A stretch of DNA of 64,000 nt from positions 29,654,382 through 29,718,381 of the forward strand of contig JARFYF010000036.1 in NCBI GenBank assembly GCA_030265395.1, in the 5' to 3' direction. Of the stretch, positions 28,301-38,224 are shown piece by piece. The DNA is from Rhina ancylostomus. Its lineage: Eukaryota. The notes below the pieces were generated by a model that did not search any database, was not told the origin of the DNA, and worked only from the letters and a program-made list of their open reading frames with translations. The first letter of the stretch is position 1; the number at the start of each line of letters is the position of its first letter. The translations under genes and the position numbers were made by a program.

Positions 28301-31300
28301 AAAGCAAAGTTGCCATCATCCATCTAAGCCTTCAGATCTAATTGTATTTAAAGCAACACTTGAGCTTTATAGTGCAGGCATATTTAATGGAGAAAATCTC
28401 TCAGTGGTTTTCCTCTTTAATAATAATTTCGACCTTTGATATTGTCACAGCAGTTGTTATGAAATTTCTGCCTAATTGAAAAATTCACTGTTACAAATTG
28501 ACAAGTTTACTCCCTCTGAGTATCAGCCACAGTCTGCATCAGTCAACATATCAAAGTCAACTAGGATTTATCATTATAACTTATACTGCCACCCAGTTGT
28601 TTAACTTGGGGCCAGAATACTGGTAATTTTTACTCGCAGATAGTGATATTAGTAATATTAGCTTTTCCTCCTTTGACATTCAAAGATGCTGTTTTCAAAT
28701 AAAACATGTTAATAAATTATATTGAAATTGCAATACATTAATACTCTTGACTTTTGTATATGAACAGACATGTGTTATTGACAGTGCTGCTGGAATTTTA
28801 TGTGGCTTGTTTTGTTTCTCAGTTTTTTTATTCCAAATAGAAAGCCTGTTTTTCAAATCCTACATGTGTTCTTTAAACCCAAAAGTTGCAGTTACTGCAA
28901 ATGTGCATCTCCCATATTGGACAAAGTTAAACAAAAGAGGAGTCCTTTATCCATGCCTGAATGCACTTAAAGCTTCTTATACTCCCTGCTCTAACAATGA
29001 GTCACCGTTACTTCAGAGGAAACAAAACCAAAACATTACCTGCACATCATATAAATTAGTCTTCTCCACACTGAATATCTGATTACTGTGCCTGGTCCCA
29101 GGGTCACTTACCATCAGTCCTTAAGATTGCCAATGGCTCTCCCTCCACTGCCATTCAGTGCATTGACTAGCGTATTCCCTGGTTATCTTTTTGAAATTTT
29201 CTTTGATAAATATGCAGTCATTTTAGATGGCAATGGATATGTTACACTTTTATTGGGAAAGCTGGAAGAAGGTTTTATGACACACCAGATGGACAAAGTC
29301 CCAAAACTTTTCTTTTTATTTTTCAGAGAAGTAATCGAGAAGAAACCAGAACTGTTCAAAATTCACTGCCTGAATGACATCAGGAATCTATTTAATCCAC
29401 ATAGATCTCCATTTTATGCTGCTTTTGGAAACAGGACTAATGTAAGTGAAGTATCTGAAATAAAAACCAATTGCATTTGCAATCTTGCACAAATAAAATA
29501 TTAACATTAATTTTATTTCTACAACATTCTATGCCCAAATACTTTGTATCTAAACTATTCACCACAATAAATGCTTCTGGAGATGGGGTGAGTGAGTTGC
29601 CTTTGCTGTAGATTTCTCAGAGGACGTCATTGTCCTATGACCAGCTGATGGGGGATTCGTGCAGCCTTAGGAAATGGACTGTGTTAGTTATTCCATTTAT
29701 TCAGGAATGTTCATACCTTAAGAGTTGGATAAAACATCATCATCATCCTTGAAGCCAGCAAATTTCGTGTGTCAGGCAAATCTGAGACTTGGATTTTGTA
29801 TCATTTTAACAATAAAGTTAGCACAGTTTTTGCTAACCTGCCTGGCTGGTGTGATTGCAAAACCAATCCCTGGAAGTTTATTTTAGTAAATGAGACTGAA
29901 TTTAATCAAATCAAATGTACTTGAACATTTACAGTGACACTTTTTTGTAAATGCTCCAGGATGCCTATGCTTATAAAGAAGTAAACGTGCAAGAAAGCAG
30001 AATTTTCATAGTAAACCCCAAAGGAGAGCTAATTCAGGAACAAACCAAGAGCAACAAATCATCGTAAGTAGCCAGCAATGTTGATCAAACTAGAATTGGA
30101 TAATTAAATAGTTTTTAAATTACTATTAGATGGATATTGCAGATATCCAAATATTAATAGCAATTATAGTGGAAAACGCATTCTTGGAATTGGCATCATG
30201 TAGAGAAGGTCATGGCGGTTTGTGTTCATGGAATCACACAGCATGAGAACAGACCCTTTGGCCCATCTTAACCATGCCGACCGTCAAGTATCCATCTATA
30301 ATAATCCCATTTACCAGTACTTGGTCTGTAGTGCCTTATGCATTGGCAATTCAAGTGCTCCTACAAGAACTGATTAAATGTTGTGAGAATACCTGCCTCC
30401 ACCACCTTCTCAGGCGGTGTGTTCCAGATTGCAACCACCCTCTGGGTGAAAGAAATCTTTCTTCCAGAGTAGATTCCGTCTACCGTCTTTACTCCTCACC
30501 TTAAATCTACGCCTCTGGTTTTGGATGTCTCAGTTATGGAGAAAAGTTTCTCATTCTCCACCCTATCTATGCTTCTCATAGTTTTGTATACCTCCTGTCA
30601 GGTGCCCCCTCAGCTTCCTTTTCAATAATGGAATCAAATTGATACACTCATAACTGAAACGTTTCAGCCCAGATAACATCCTAGTAAATCTCCTCTGCAC
30701 TCTCTTCAGTATAATCACGTCCTTGTAATGTGTGACCAGAACTTCATGCAATATTCTAGCTGTGGCCTAATCAAAATTTTATAAAGTTGTACCATGACCT
30801 CCTTGTATTTCTATGACTGAATCTACTTGCTGCCACCTTGAGGGATCTGTGGACTTGTACGCCAAGGTCCTTCTTCAATACTCAAGGGCCCCACCATTTA
30901 TGGTGTATATCCTTCCCTTATGAGACCTCCCACATTTATCAGGATGAAGTTCCATCTGTCATTGTTCTGCCCAGTTTACCAGCTATTGGTATTCCTCTGT
31001 AACCTTGGGCTATCCTCCTCATTACCAACAACATCCCCAATTCTCATGTTAACTGCATACTTATACCTCTTACCTTTGTATCAAAATAGTTAATGTATAA
31101 AACAAACAGTAAGAATCCTGGCTCTGATCCCTGTGGGACACCACTGATCACGGGCTTCCAATCACAAATTCAACCCTCCATCATCAACCCTCAAGCAGAA
31201 TATATCAACTGAACTGAATTGGTAAGTGCTTGAAGTCAAAAGTAGTAATCCTAGAATGGTATTGCTGCAAAGGAATAGACTGCTGATTTACATTCAGGGT

Positions 31301-32948
31301 TCCTTCCTTTCTCTCTGTAATATCAATGAAGATTGTGAGATTTCTGTGTACCGTAAGTAAATGATATGTCGAACACTGGGCAGAAAACAAAACATGCAGG
31401 TTGAAGATCAGAGCTACCATGGAAGTACACTGAAAATTCTTTGACAAGAGGGTAGTTTGTAACAGTTCTGTACATGATTTTAGTTTTCAATAACAATTTG
31501 AACGTTAATATTATAGCAAGTTAATCTGTTTCCAATTATTGATTCCTTAAGCATACAAAATTCCTTAAAATCACCATTGTTTTTATGCTGTTCATACATT
31601 AACCTTGTGGTTAAGGGTAGTACTTATAATATTTACTTTATGAAGGTCTCTATAAGCATAAATGATGGAGAGTAAAGCCATTTATGTACTGCTGTTGCTC
31701 ATTCAAAATATTTTTAACATCTATCTCCATATCGTATGTAGAGTTAAAAAGAAGCTGGGACAAAATTATACCTATCAAGGAATACTTGAGACTCCTGCAA
31801 TAATGATATTTTCAGGTTGTTTGTTTGATGAATATAGCTGTGGGTAGAATTGTTTTCAGAAAATGAGCAAATTCTTGTATCATTTGAAAACCTGCCTGCT
31901 AGCACTCCGTACTAACATTTTTACACAATACACTGCTTTTAACTTTGTGACAGTTTTGTGAGAAGCACATGGAGTGAAGAAAACCTTTAAGCCTTTGATA
32001 AATAATCACAAATAATTTAAACAACACTTGAAGTGCAGTACGTTTATGAAATCTGTTCTTGAGCAGAAGAGATATTTATGGAGAACATCAACCAGTAGTT
32101 GAATTCCCAATCTTCACAAGAACTGAGGCAGCTTAAGCATAGTTATTGTTTCAGTACTGATATCTAAATCAACAAAGTTTGCGAGCTAAAGTTTTTTTTA
32201 ACCACGTAAAGAAAGGTTTTGTGGACAACATGTCTGTCCATCATCAGTTCTGCTCAGACTAACTAAAGCATTTCTAGCTTTTGACTTCAAATTCTCAAAC
32301 CTTGATGAGATTTAAATTCATGTTCCCCAGAATATCAGTTCGGACACAGCATTGTTATTAAATGGCAATAAAAAAGCTGTTAGGGTGATCAATTGGACCA
32401 TGATTAATTAACAATAAGTGATATTTTAGCCAATCAGTTTTTTAACAGCAATGAGTTTGAATCTTTAGCATTGGTCGTGATGTAGCTTAATGTTGGCTGT
32501 GTCCCTATGAGCTGACCACAGGACTATTTATAATCCAGCATTGTGACATCTAGAAAGACACAATCCTAATTCTTGTCTTCGGTAGTGATTGCCTTTGTGA
32601 TGGGCACGGCCTTGTTGAAGTTGTGCATTCCCAATGCATTTATTGCTTGTTATCTGCCAGGGCTCTCATGGGATAGTTTCTGTACCTTTGGGTAATATTG
32701 TAAGCTGTTTTACATAACAATAATGCAGACTGTAGAAAAACACTTTGCAGTTCTTTATCAAATTGTTCCTTTCTCTCCTCAGGTATTCGCGGTTGGGCGA
32801 ATTAGTAGAACATGTATTTCCACTAATAGCACAAGAAAGAAGCTCAGCTTTTCTTTATCCTGAATACAGTCATTTTGCATTTTGGCGTGAACCACTTTTT
32901 GAACTTGACCCGGATGAGCTCAATGAATTTAAAACCACTAAAGAATAG
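3727..32948 (+). CDS. LPIN3: Lipin (phosphatidate phosphatase), most likely LPIN3; spliced gene span, 19 coding exons, 2785 coding nt visible plus part of exon 3 in a gap
   Basis: N-LIP start [49 protein letters not shown] and FWREPL motifs; all visible junctions GT-AG and in phase. LPIN3-type residues ([46 protein letters not shown]) and an EMILIN3-like neighbour favour LPIN3 over LPIN2. Lipin identity is near-certain; the paralog call is less so. Confidence 0.75.
4531..4635 (+). repeat. Penelope-like terminal repeat fragment
   Basis: Shares tctctttccacagatgct...atttcaga...cagcatctgca with copies at 13469, 18232, 24403 and 59950. Confidence 0.65.
4740..4835 (+). CDS. LPIN3: Lipin coding exon 2, 96 nt
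   Basis: ttttag|GTT...: [32 protein letters not shown] |gtgtgc. Confidence 0.96.
5375..5623 (+). CDS. LPIN3: Lipin coding exon 3, visible 3' part (polybasic NLS/PA-binding motif); 5' end in gap 5146-5374
   Basis: Encodes [11 protein letters not shown] and an acidic stretch; donor AG|gtaggt, phase 2, matches the next exon. Confidence 0.9.
6155..6355 (-). mobile_element. Rex/Babar-type LINE 3' UTR fragment
   Basis: Homologous to 14604-14800 (tggtttattattgtcaca...aatgcaga.tatagt...aagggcca). Confidence 0.7.
6859..6963 (+). CDS. LPIN3: Lipin coding exon 4, 105 nt
   Basis: ctgcag|T GAA ATG...: [34 protein letters not shown] |gtataa; the YPYSDGEW motif is typical of lipins. Confidence 0.9.
7051..7171 (+). 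CDS. LPIN3: Lipin coding exon 5, 121 nt
   Basis: ttcag|...[11 protein letters not shown]...[12 protein letters not shown]|gtacag. Confidence 0.95.
8146..8623 (+). CDS. LPIN3: Lipin coding exon 6, 478 nt, low-complexity linker
   Basis: tacag|GTG AGT...[15 protein letters not shown]...DKKK G|gtaaat; open throughout. Confidence 0.92.
12999..13098 (+). CDS. LPIN3: Lipin coding exon 7, 100 nt
   Basis: gatag|GT GGA...[30 protein letters not shown]|gtattg. Confidence 0.96.
13469..13608 (+). mobile_element. Penelope-like terminal repeat with degenerate minimal hammerhead ribozyme motif
   Basis: gtc-CTGATGA-aagttcttgaccc-GAAA-tgtc-gactg followed by the family tail ...ctgcctgacctactgagttcctccagcattt...ccagcatctgca. 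Confidence 0.65.
14060..15740 (+). mobile_element. Degenerate, internally deleted CR1 LINE (APE endonuclease region), interrupted by a nested insertion
   Basis: [10 protein letters not shown]...ALDLVICN before 14603 resumes as [24 protein letters not shown] after 15023; CR1-like tail near 15680-15740. Confidence 0.8.
14604..15017 (-). mobile_element. Rex/Babar-type LINE 3' end nested in CR1
   Basis: [17 protein letters not shown]...[26 protein letters not shown]; flanked by tgtaat and tataat (probable target-site duplication). Confidence 0.8.
15872..16059 (+). CDS. LPIN3: Lipin coding exon 8, 188 nt
   Basis: ttttcag|...[37 protein letters not shown]...ISQ G|gtacag. Confidence 0.96.
16431..16524 (+). 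CDS. LPIN3: Lipin coding exon 9 (M-LIP), 94 nt
   Basis: cacag|GG AAA: [30 protein letters not shown] |gtaagt. Confidence 0.96.
17648..17717 (+). CDS. LPIN3: Lipin coding exon 10, 70 nt
   Basis: cacag|G TAT: [23 protein letters not shown] |gtatag. Confidence 0.96.
18232..18340 (+). repeat. Penelope-like terminal repeat fragment
   Basis: agtt-ctgttga...gaaa-catc-aact then tctctttccatagatgctgcctaatctgctgagtatatccagcac. Confidence 0.6.
18721..18813 (+). CDS. LPIN3: Lipin coding exon 11, 93 nt
   Basis: tttag|[31 protein letters not shown]|gtatgt. Confidence 0.96.
18855..19620 (-). mobile_element. Degenerate CR1 LINE 3' part
   Basis: Minus-strand remnant [18 protein letters not shown]...KDILALE resembles the CR1 RT C-terminus. 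Confidence 0.65.
20008..20087 (+). CDS. LPIN3: Lipin coding exon 12, 80 nt (variable region)
   Basis: tttttag|CCA GAA...[28 protein letters not shown]|gtaatg; phase 0 to 2, which is needed to join exons 11 and 13. Confidence 0.85.
21146..21290 (+). CDS. LPIN3: Lipin coding exon 13, 145 nt
   Basis: gacag|G CGT...TSSDDD...[13 protein letters not shown]|gtaaga. Confidence 0.95.
23205..23353 (+). CDS. LPIN3: Lipin coding exon 14 (catalytic DxDxT), 149 nt
   Basis: atag|[49 protein letters not shown]|gtaagt. Confidence 0.98.
23990..24510. mobile_element. Degenerate non-autonomous Penelope-like element with inverted ends
   Basis: Left end catctgtggaaagagttaac...gaccctttgtca is the inverse of right end ctgacagaggatc...gaaatgttaattc...tctttccaca. 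Confidence 0.5.
24765..24851 (+). CDS. LPIN3: Lipin coding exon 15 (LxxIL motif), 87 nt
   Basis: ccag|[28 protein letters not shown]|gtatgt. Confidence 0.98.
24990..25350 (+). mobile_element. Degenerate CR1 3' end
   Basis: ...gagactgagatatgaaggaat...tattgaatggcaaagcaggcttgagggg resembles a CR1-type tail. Confidence 0.55.
26090..26400 (+). mobile_element. Degenerate L2 LINE 3' part
   Basis: Remnant [26 protein letters not shown] resembles the L2 C-terminal FKSLHGLAPPYL..LL..Y.P.R.L. Confidence 0.5.
27030..27255 (+). mobile_element. Rex/Babar-type LINE 3' UTR fragment
   Basis: Reverse complement of the 6155-6355 and 14604 family (gatctccca...tggcccttgcactttatt...catgtgataataaac). Confidence 0.7.
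28071..28223 (+). CDS. LPIN3: Lipin coding exon 16, 153 nt
   Basis: tacag|[50 protein letters not shown]|gtaatg. Confidence 0.98.
28250..28298. repeat. (TG)n(TA)n microsatellite
   Basis: Seen directly in the sequence. Confidence 0.98.
29327..29441 (+). CDS. LPIN3: Lipin coding exon 17, 115 nt
   Basis: tttcag|[38 protein letters not shown]|gtaagt. Confidence 0.98.
29960..30063 (+). CDS. LPIN3: Lipin coding exon 18, 104 nt
   Basis: ccag|[34 protein letters not shown]|gtaagt. Confidence 0.97.
30230..31190 (-). mobile_element. Degenerate CR1 LINE 3' part
   Basis: [28 protein letters not shown]...LRG.L is the CR1 RT C-terminal signature. Confidence 0.85.
32783..32948 (+). CDS. LPIN3: Lipin coding exon 19 (terminal), stop TAG 32946-32948
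   Basis: ctcag|[54 protein letters not shown]. Confidence 0.97.
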
Positions 32949-34349
32949 TGAAAAGACTTTTCAAGAATTCTGAGTAATTTGTAGGCATATTAGTACCCTT
33001 GATTATATATATTAGAGCACATTGTGATCTGTACCTTCTGATTTGAAGTCCAGTGATCTGTAAGTTGATCCGCACATAAAATGCTAGTTATAAGTATTAA
33101 TCTAAGTGAATTCAAGTGGAGTTTCAATAGACGCCATTTGTGATAAGGCTCACACTACTATTTCTCCATCTAGCACTTTGCACATAGACAATTTTAGGAA
33201 AACTAAGATGCAATTGAAGCCAGCAAAAACTACTTGCTGGTGTCTGGGATCAGGTTATTGGTAAGTTGCAGTTGATTAGAGATTCTCAATTGACTTTGGA
33301 AGGCATTTTCCTTGGTATAGCACTTCCATTTCTAGAGAATAGTTTTGCTACATTCCTTAGAAGATAGAGGTGGCAGCAATCTCTTTTATTTCCTTATTAA
33401 TAAAACTTGCCTCATCGATATGGTAGAAAGTAGATGCATTTCTCAAGTAAAATGCCTGTTAATGGATACCTTGAATTTTTGGCCCCTACCTGTGCAGCAG
33501 AGACTCCCTTTGAGAAGCTGCACTCAAAATGCATTTGTAGGTGGGAGTGAGAGGGGTTCAGCGAAATAAAATATCAGAAGGACAAGAATACACAGGAGGG
33601 TCTTTGTCTTATTACTTTGTTGAATGGAACCAAATGTGGAGGAAGGTGCAGCAAGTAACTGGAGGTTTTGTCAAAGAAGGAATGGGGACAGGTAATTAGA
33701 GGCCTGGCCACAGAGAGATTAAGTTAGTGAATTAAGCACTTAGAAGTCATGCAATAGAGTTTTGAGGGGAGAGTCATCATGTTAATCACAGACTGGAATC
33801 TGAAGGTATTTTCTGGCTGCTGAAGTGTGGCACAGAGTAAAAGGTAAGAAGGCAAACGAGCATCTGATGAAACTGCAAAACAGTTCAACGTAGAAGAAGC
33901 TTTACCCTGCTTAAATTTTTAACTTTTATAAGGTCTCACAAGAATTTGACTGCTCTCATGTAATTCTTAGCTAGGAGGATGGAATAATTGCAGGAAATGT
34001 AAAACTCCAGAGGCTGGTAGACTTTTTAAAATAAAAAAAAATCCTTTAAGAACTGTGGCAAGTACAGTGGAACCCTAACATGTTGCATGAAAGCTACCTG
34101 AGGAGAAGGCAAATGTTACATTTACTGTTCCAGTTTTACTGGTGCAATCTGTGAGAACTTTTGCCAATATTTTACAAAATTTGATATAAATAAGTCTCTG
34201 ATCATATCAGCTTTATAAGAGAAAGTCACCTTTTATAACAAATTCAAATTCAGCTATCTATTTTTTGGCTTGTTTCTGTCATTTTTTCACTAAGTAAAAT
34301 AGTACTGTTTTGATTTCCTCGCTTCCATGACAAGTTTGACCTAATCAAA

Positions 34350-35674
34350 CGCAAGCTATTTATGAGACTGTCATTTTGTTGGAGCTTTATCTGAAGTTAA
34401 AATTGTTGGTTGAAATGGAAACAATCTTTACTGATATGTATCTTACACATTCAATTATTATATATCATCTAAAGGAAATTTCTTGTTCCGGGGTGCATTG
34501 ACATGAGTCTTAACTACAATGCCTGAAAATCACTTCTGAAACAAACTGTAATATGGCATGGAAAAGGTAGCAGAACCAGAAGCAATGGTGAAAGTAAATA
34601 CAGTTGAACAAAGTAAACCATTAACTCCTTTTGTGTAAGGAGATTTTAGTAATTTAGATTAAAATATTTAATGACTAAGCTAATTACTAGGAAGTGTAAA
34701 ACCAGTTTGTAGTTTAAACTATCAAGCATATATTGCTGAACCTCAGACTAGTGAATTTAAATCCTTGAACTGACTCGCCTTAGTTGAGGTCACTGCTTGA
34801 TAGAGCTGAGAGATGGTGTCATATGCAATAGAATCTTGAGAAAAACAAAATTCTCCTGTTTCTCTTGCTTCAATCATGACTTTTTTGGCTTAGTTTGCAG
34901 CCAGCGATTCTTTTTCAAGTATTAAGACTACAGATCTGTCCTTAACAGAGAGATGTGTGTGATGTTGAGACAATGATAAGAAAAAAGGAGTAAATTATAG
35001 AACTGCATTTGCATTGCATTATGGAAAAACTTATCACACGGCATGTATGAGATTTTAAAGATGGGGATTGTCCCCTTGTTCCTCCACTCAATATAAATGC
35101 ATATGTTGCTGGATCCCATTTTATTCTGAAGGTAGCAATTCTGTTGTTACCATTCAATAAGCACTTATTGGACATTAATAGAAAAAAACACTTGAAATGT
35201 TTGCACTTTCTGTGAAAGTTCAGATATTTGCAAAGAGTGACTTTTTTAAGCTTTTCTATTTTAACAATGCTGTATGTGCTACCTGTGTGAAATGAACTTC
35301 GTTTTTGTAAGTCAGAAATTGCCTAGTAGACATTCACTTAATGTAACACTTTCATTCTGAGTCAGAATCAAAGCACGGTGTAGCACAGAAAGCAAAAGCT
35401 TATAATTACAGTTCTAACTGGCCTAGAAAAATTTGGTTTCTTGAACAGTTATGCAAGCACTTTATTAGACCATTAATATCTTGGAGTTTTAATTTGCAAT
35501 TACACATTTGGTTAAAATAGACACAAGCTTAAGTGGTATGTATTTTTTGCATTCAATTTTCATGTGTCATGCAAAGGAAATTTCTTGTTCGGTGTACTAA
35601 AGTAAGTCTTAATTATAATGCCAGTAAATCACTCCTGAATCAAACTGCAATATGGCATGGAAAAGGTAGCAGAA
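34350..35674 (+). repeat. Diverged ~220-bp direct duplication (34350-34575 and ~35453-35674)
   Basis: Collinear shared blocks gcaagc..tttat.agac, ttggag.ttt, aaaggaaatttcttgttc, aatcact.ctgaa.caaactg.aatatggcatggaaaaggtagcagaa. Confidence 0.85.
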
Positions 35675-35884
35675 TTTTCAAATGTATTTGATTTACTACT
35701 TTGAAGTTACTGTAATTTATACAATTGTTAAAGTGAACTTGTTTCAAAGAATGCTATTGCCTATTTCTTAAATACTTCTTAAACATAACTGGAATAATTA
35801 AAGAAAAATGAACAAGTATATTAGTATGTCTGATGTGTTATTTTTGCATTAACCTGCTGAAATGTTTTGTAAGTGACACACAGA

Positions 35885-35890
35885 AATAAA
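35885..35890 (+). promoter_or_regulatory. Candidate lipin polyadenylation signal (one of several AATAAA)
   Basis: AATAAA near the end of a ~3-kb tract after the stop with no recognisable transposon; alternatives near 33399 and 34030. Confidence 0.3.
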
Positions 35891-36113
35891 TGCATCAGTA
35901 TTTGCTGACTGGAATCCTATGAGGATTTCACCACAGGAGAAAAGAGGTTTTGCTGTTTTGATCGTGGCAACATCAAGGACTATAGCATTATGACAGACCA
36001 AAGATAAGTACACTGAATTCTAAAGTAATTCCTTTAACCTCAGTGGAAAATTGCCACCATGTCAAACTTCACTCAAGTTTGAATTTAAAGTGGAATTCAG
36101 GATGTTTAAAATA

Positions 36114-36622
36114 CAGAGGGTCCCCCGTTTACATAAGGGTTCTGTTCCTGAGAACTGTCCATAAACTGAATTTTCTGTAATTTAGAAAGGAACAATTTTC
36201 CTCCACAAAGTCACAATGTGAAATCTTTGAGTCTCGGCAGCCCTTGGAGACTGATCTGCAAAGAGTAGACTGGGGAGGGTCAGTATCGGTGACAGGAGTT
36301 GTTACTAGCAAATGAACCGTGACAGATGTTTGTCTGAATGCAGGTGGAGTGACGGGGAGCTGATCTTCTGCTGGTCAGCAAGAAAGCTACTGGAAGTTTA
36401 AAAAAAGAGTATGCGCTAACGAGAGATGGATCAGGGCTCGTAACATTTGATTTCACCCGAAGGAGAGTTTGGACAAGGCATTGATTTTTTCCCCCTGTGG
36501 GTGATTTCTGCATTGTTTCCTGGTGAAGTGTATGAAGTATTTACGTGAGAGCAAAGTCTGGAAGAATTTACATAAAGTTGGATTTTTGTAAGTCAGGTCT
36601 TCCGTTACATGGGGGCCTCCTG
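36114..36622. mobile_element. Tc1/mariner (Tigger/pogo-like) non-autonomous DNA transposon
   Basis: TA|CAGAGGGTCCCCCG...GGGGGCCTCCTG|TA: imperfect TIRs starting CAG with TA on both sides. Confidence 0.65.
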
Positions 36623-38218
36623 TATCTCTTCCAAAGAATTTGTACTTTTATTCATGTCAATAATTTCAAATGAAGTTGTTTGGTCTCAAATTGTTGTAGA
36701 GCTATTTCATCCCATTTATACTTCTACCAAATTTTGTCTTGCAATTACTGGAATTTGTCCTGTTTTGAATTAAAAGACCAGGCTCCTCATGGACTCTTTT
36801 GTAGAACGTTTTAGCTTCATTGTCTCCTGGTTATTCTGTAATTGCCTAATTAATAGAAACAAACTTGGAGTCAGCAGATATTTTTATGGTGGTCCCAGTA
36901 GATTGAATCTAATTTAATTAAATGGATTTTGCTGTTGCTCAGTAATGCTTCTCTTGCAGGATGGAATCTTTAATATCCTTGACGCTGAAAAACTTGACCT
37001 TTAGACTGTGGTTGATAGTTAAATGTTTTTCAAAAGCTGTGGTGTAAGTACATGGACAGGAAGCCTGCTGGCAATGAGATGTATCAAAGGCCAGAACCTA
37101 ACCTGTCTATTTGGGCCGGGGCCAGGTACGTTAAAACCAGATTACTGTTTTGGCATGGTGTCCATGAGTGCCCCAGGCAGAACAGTGTACACCCTCCATG
37201 AATCCTTCAGCCCTAATTGCCAGATGGGATTGTATATTTGATAGACATTTAATAAAAGAAGCTGGATGTATTTTCCTGCCACCTTTGATGGAATGGGGTT
37301 TGTCACTAAACTCTGCCGTACATTCAAAGGAGCCTCTCTTTCCTAGTTGGGTGATGTTGCTCAGGGCATTTCTGATTTGTCACAGGTTTAATCATCTGTG
37401 CCGCATGTTTGTCTAACACCAAAGTCACTTGGCAGCAATGGACAATGCATGGCTGCCCTACCACCACTAATGTTACCTATTTTCTGTTGTATCTGAGAGA
37501 CAGCTGATTTATGTCTTCCATATTCTTATGTTCTGCCTCTGAACAAAAGCATTAAAAAATCATCAGTGCCTTGAATGGTGTATCAATCAGTTACCACACT
37601 GTATGCCAACAATTGTTTGAGCATTGGTCTGCCCAATGGAGATTCAGTAAGGTTCAAGGTCATGTAATACAGAAGGTATCTTTGCACACTGTGCCAATGC
37701 AGGGCGCTGAAGGATAATTGGCCAAGTCCAGAACTGAGGTGCTGTGGGGAAGGGGGGGGCCAAGTGTTCTCTGTGGAGGGCAATACACATGTTTGGAGGA
37801 TGTTAGTGAACTGCAGCCTGTGGTGGCTCAGCATCAGGCTTGTGACTTTGAGCCTTGAGAGGCTGGAAAGGGCTTGCGTCCGAAAGAACATTGTGCCAGG
37901 AATTATGTCATTATATCGGCATCAGGATGGGAAAGAGCTCAAAGCAATAACAATTTGATATGGAGTATCTACTCCAATTTCTGGAGTAGGTTCAAAGTCA
38001 TTGTTAACCAAGTTCTATTTTGAGAAACATTGATTTTTCAAAGCATAGTGCTAAAAGATGTAGTTCTGCGTGTCTGTAAATTGAAATTTTGATTTTTACT
38101 GTCCCGAGATCCATTGTGCACTCTTTTTACAGGAACACCCAAGGTAGTTCACTACATATGAACTGTAAATACTTAAATAATTGATTTCACTCTGTATTTG
38201 GCATAATTTCAAACCATG

Positions 38219-38224
38219 TTTATT
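38219..38224 (-). promoter_or_regulatory. Candidate EMILIN polyadenylation signal
   Basis: tttatt on + strand (AATAAA on -) at the end of a ~1.9-kb AT-rich tract downstream of the EMILIN stop. Confidence 0.4.

Noticed and set aside
37400-37960. GC-richer intergenic stretch with a 102-aa minus-strand ORF
   Set aside because: No splice structure or recognisable domain; probably a decayed LINE fragment.
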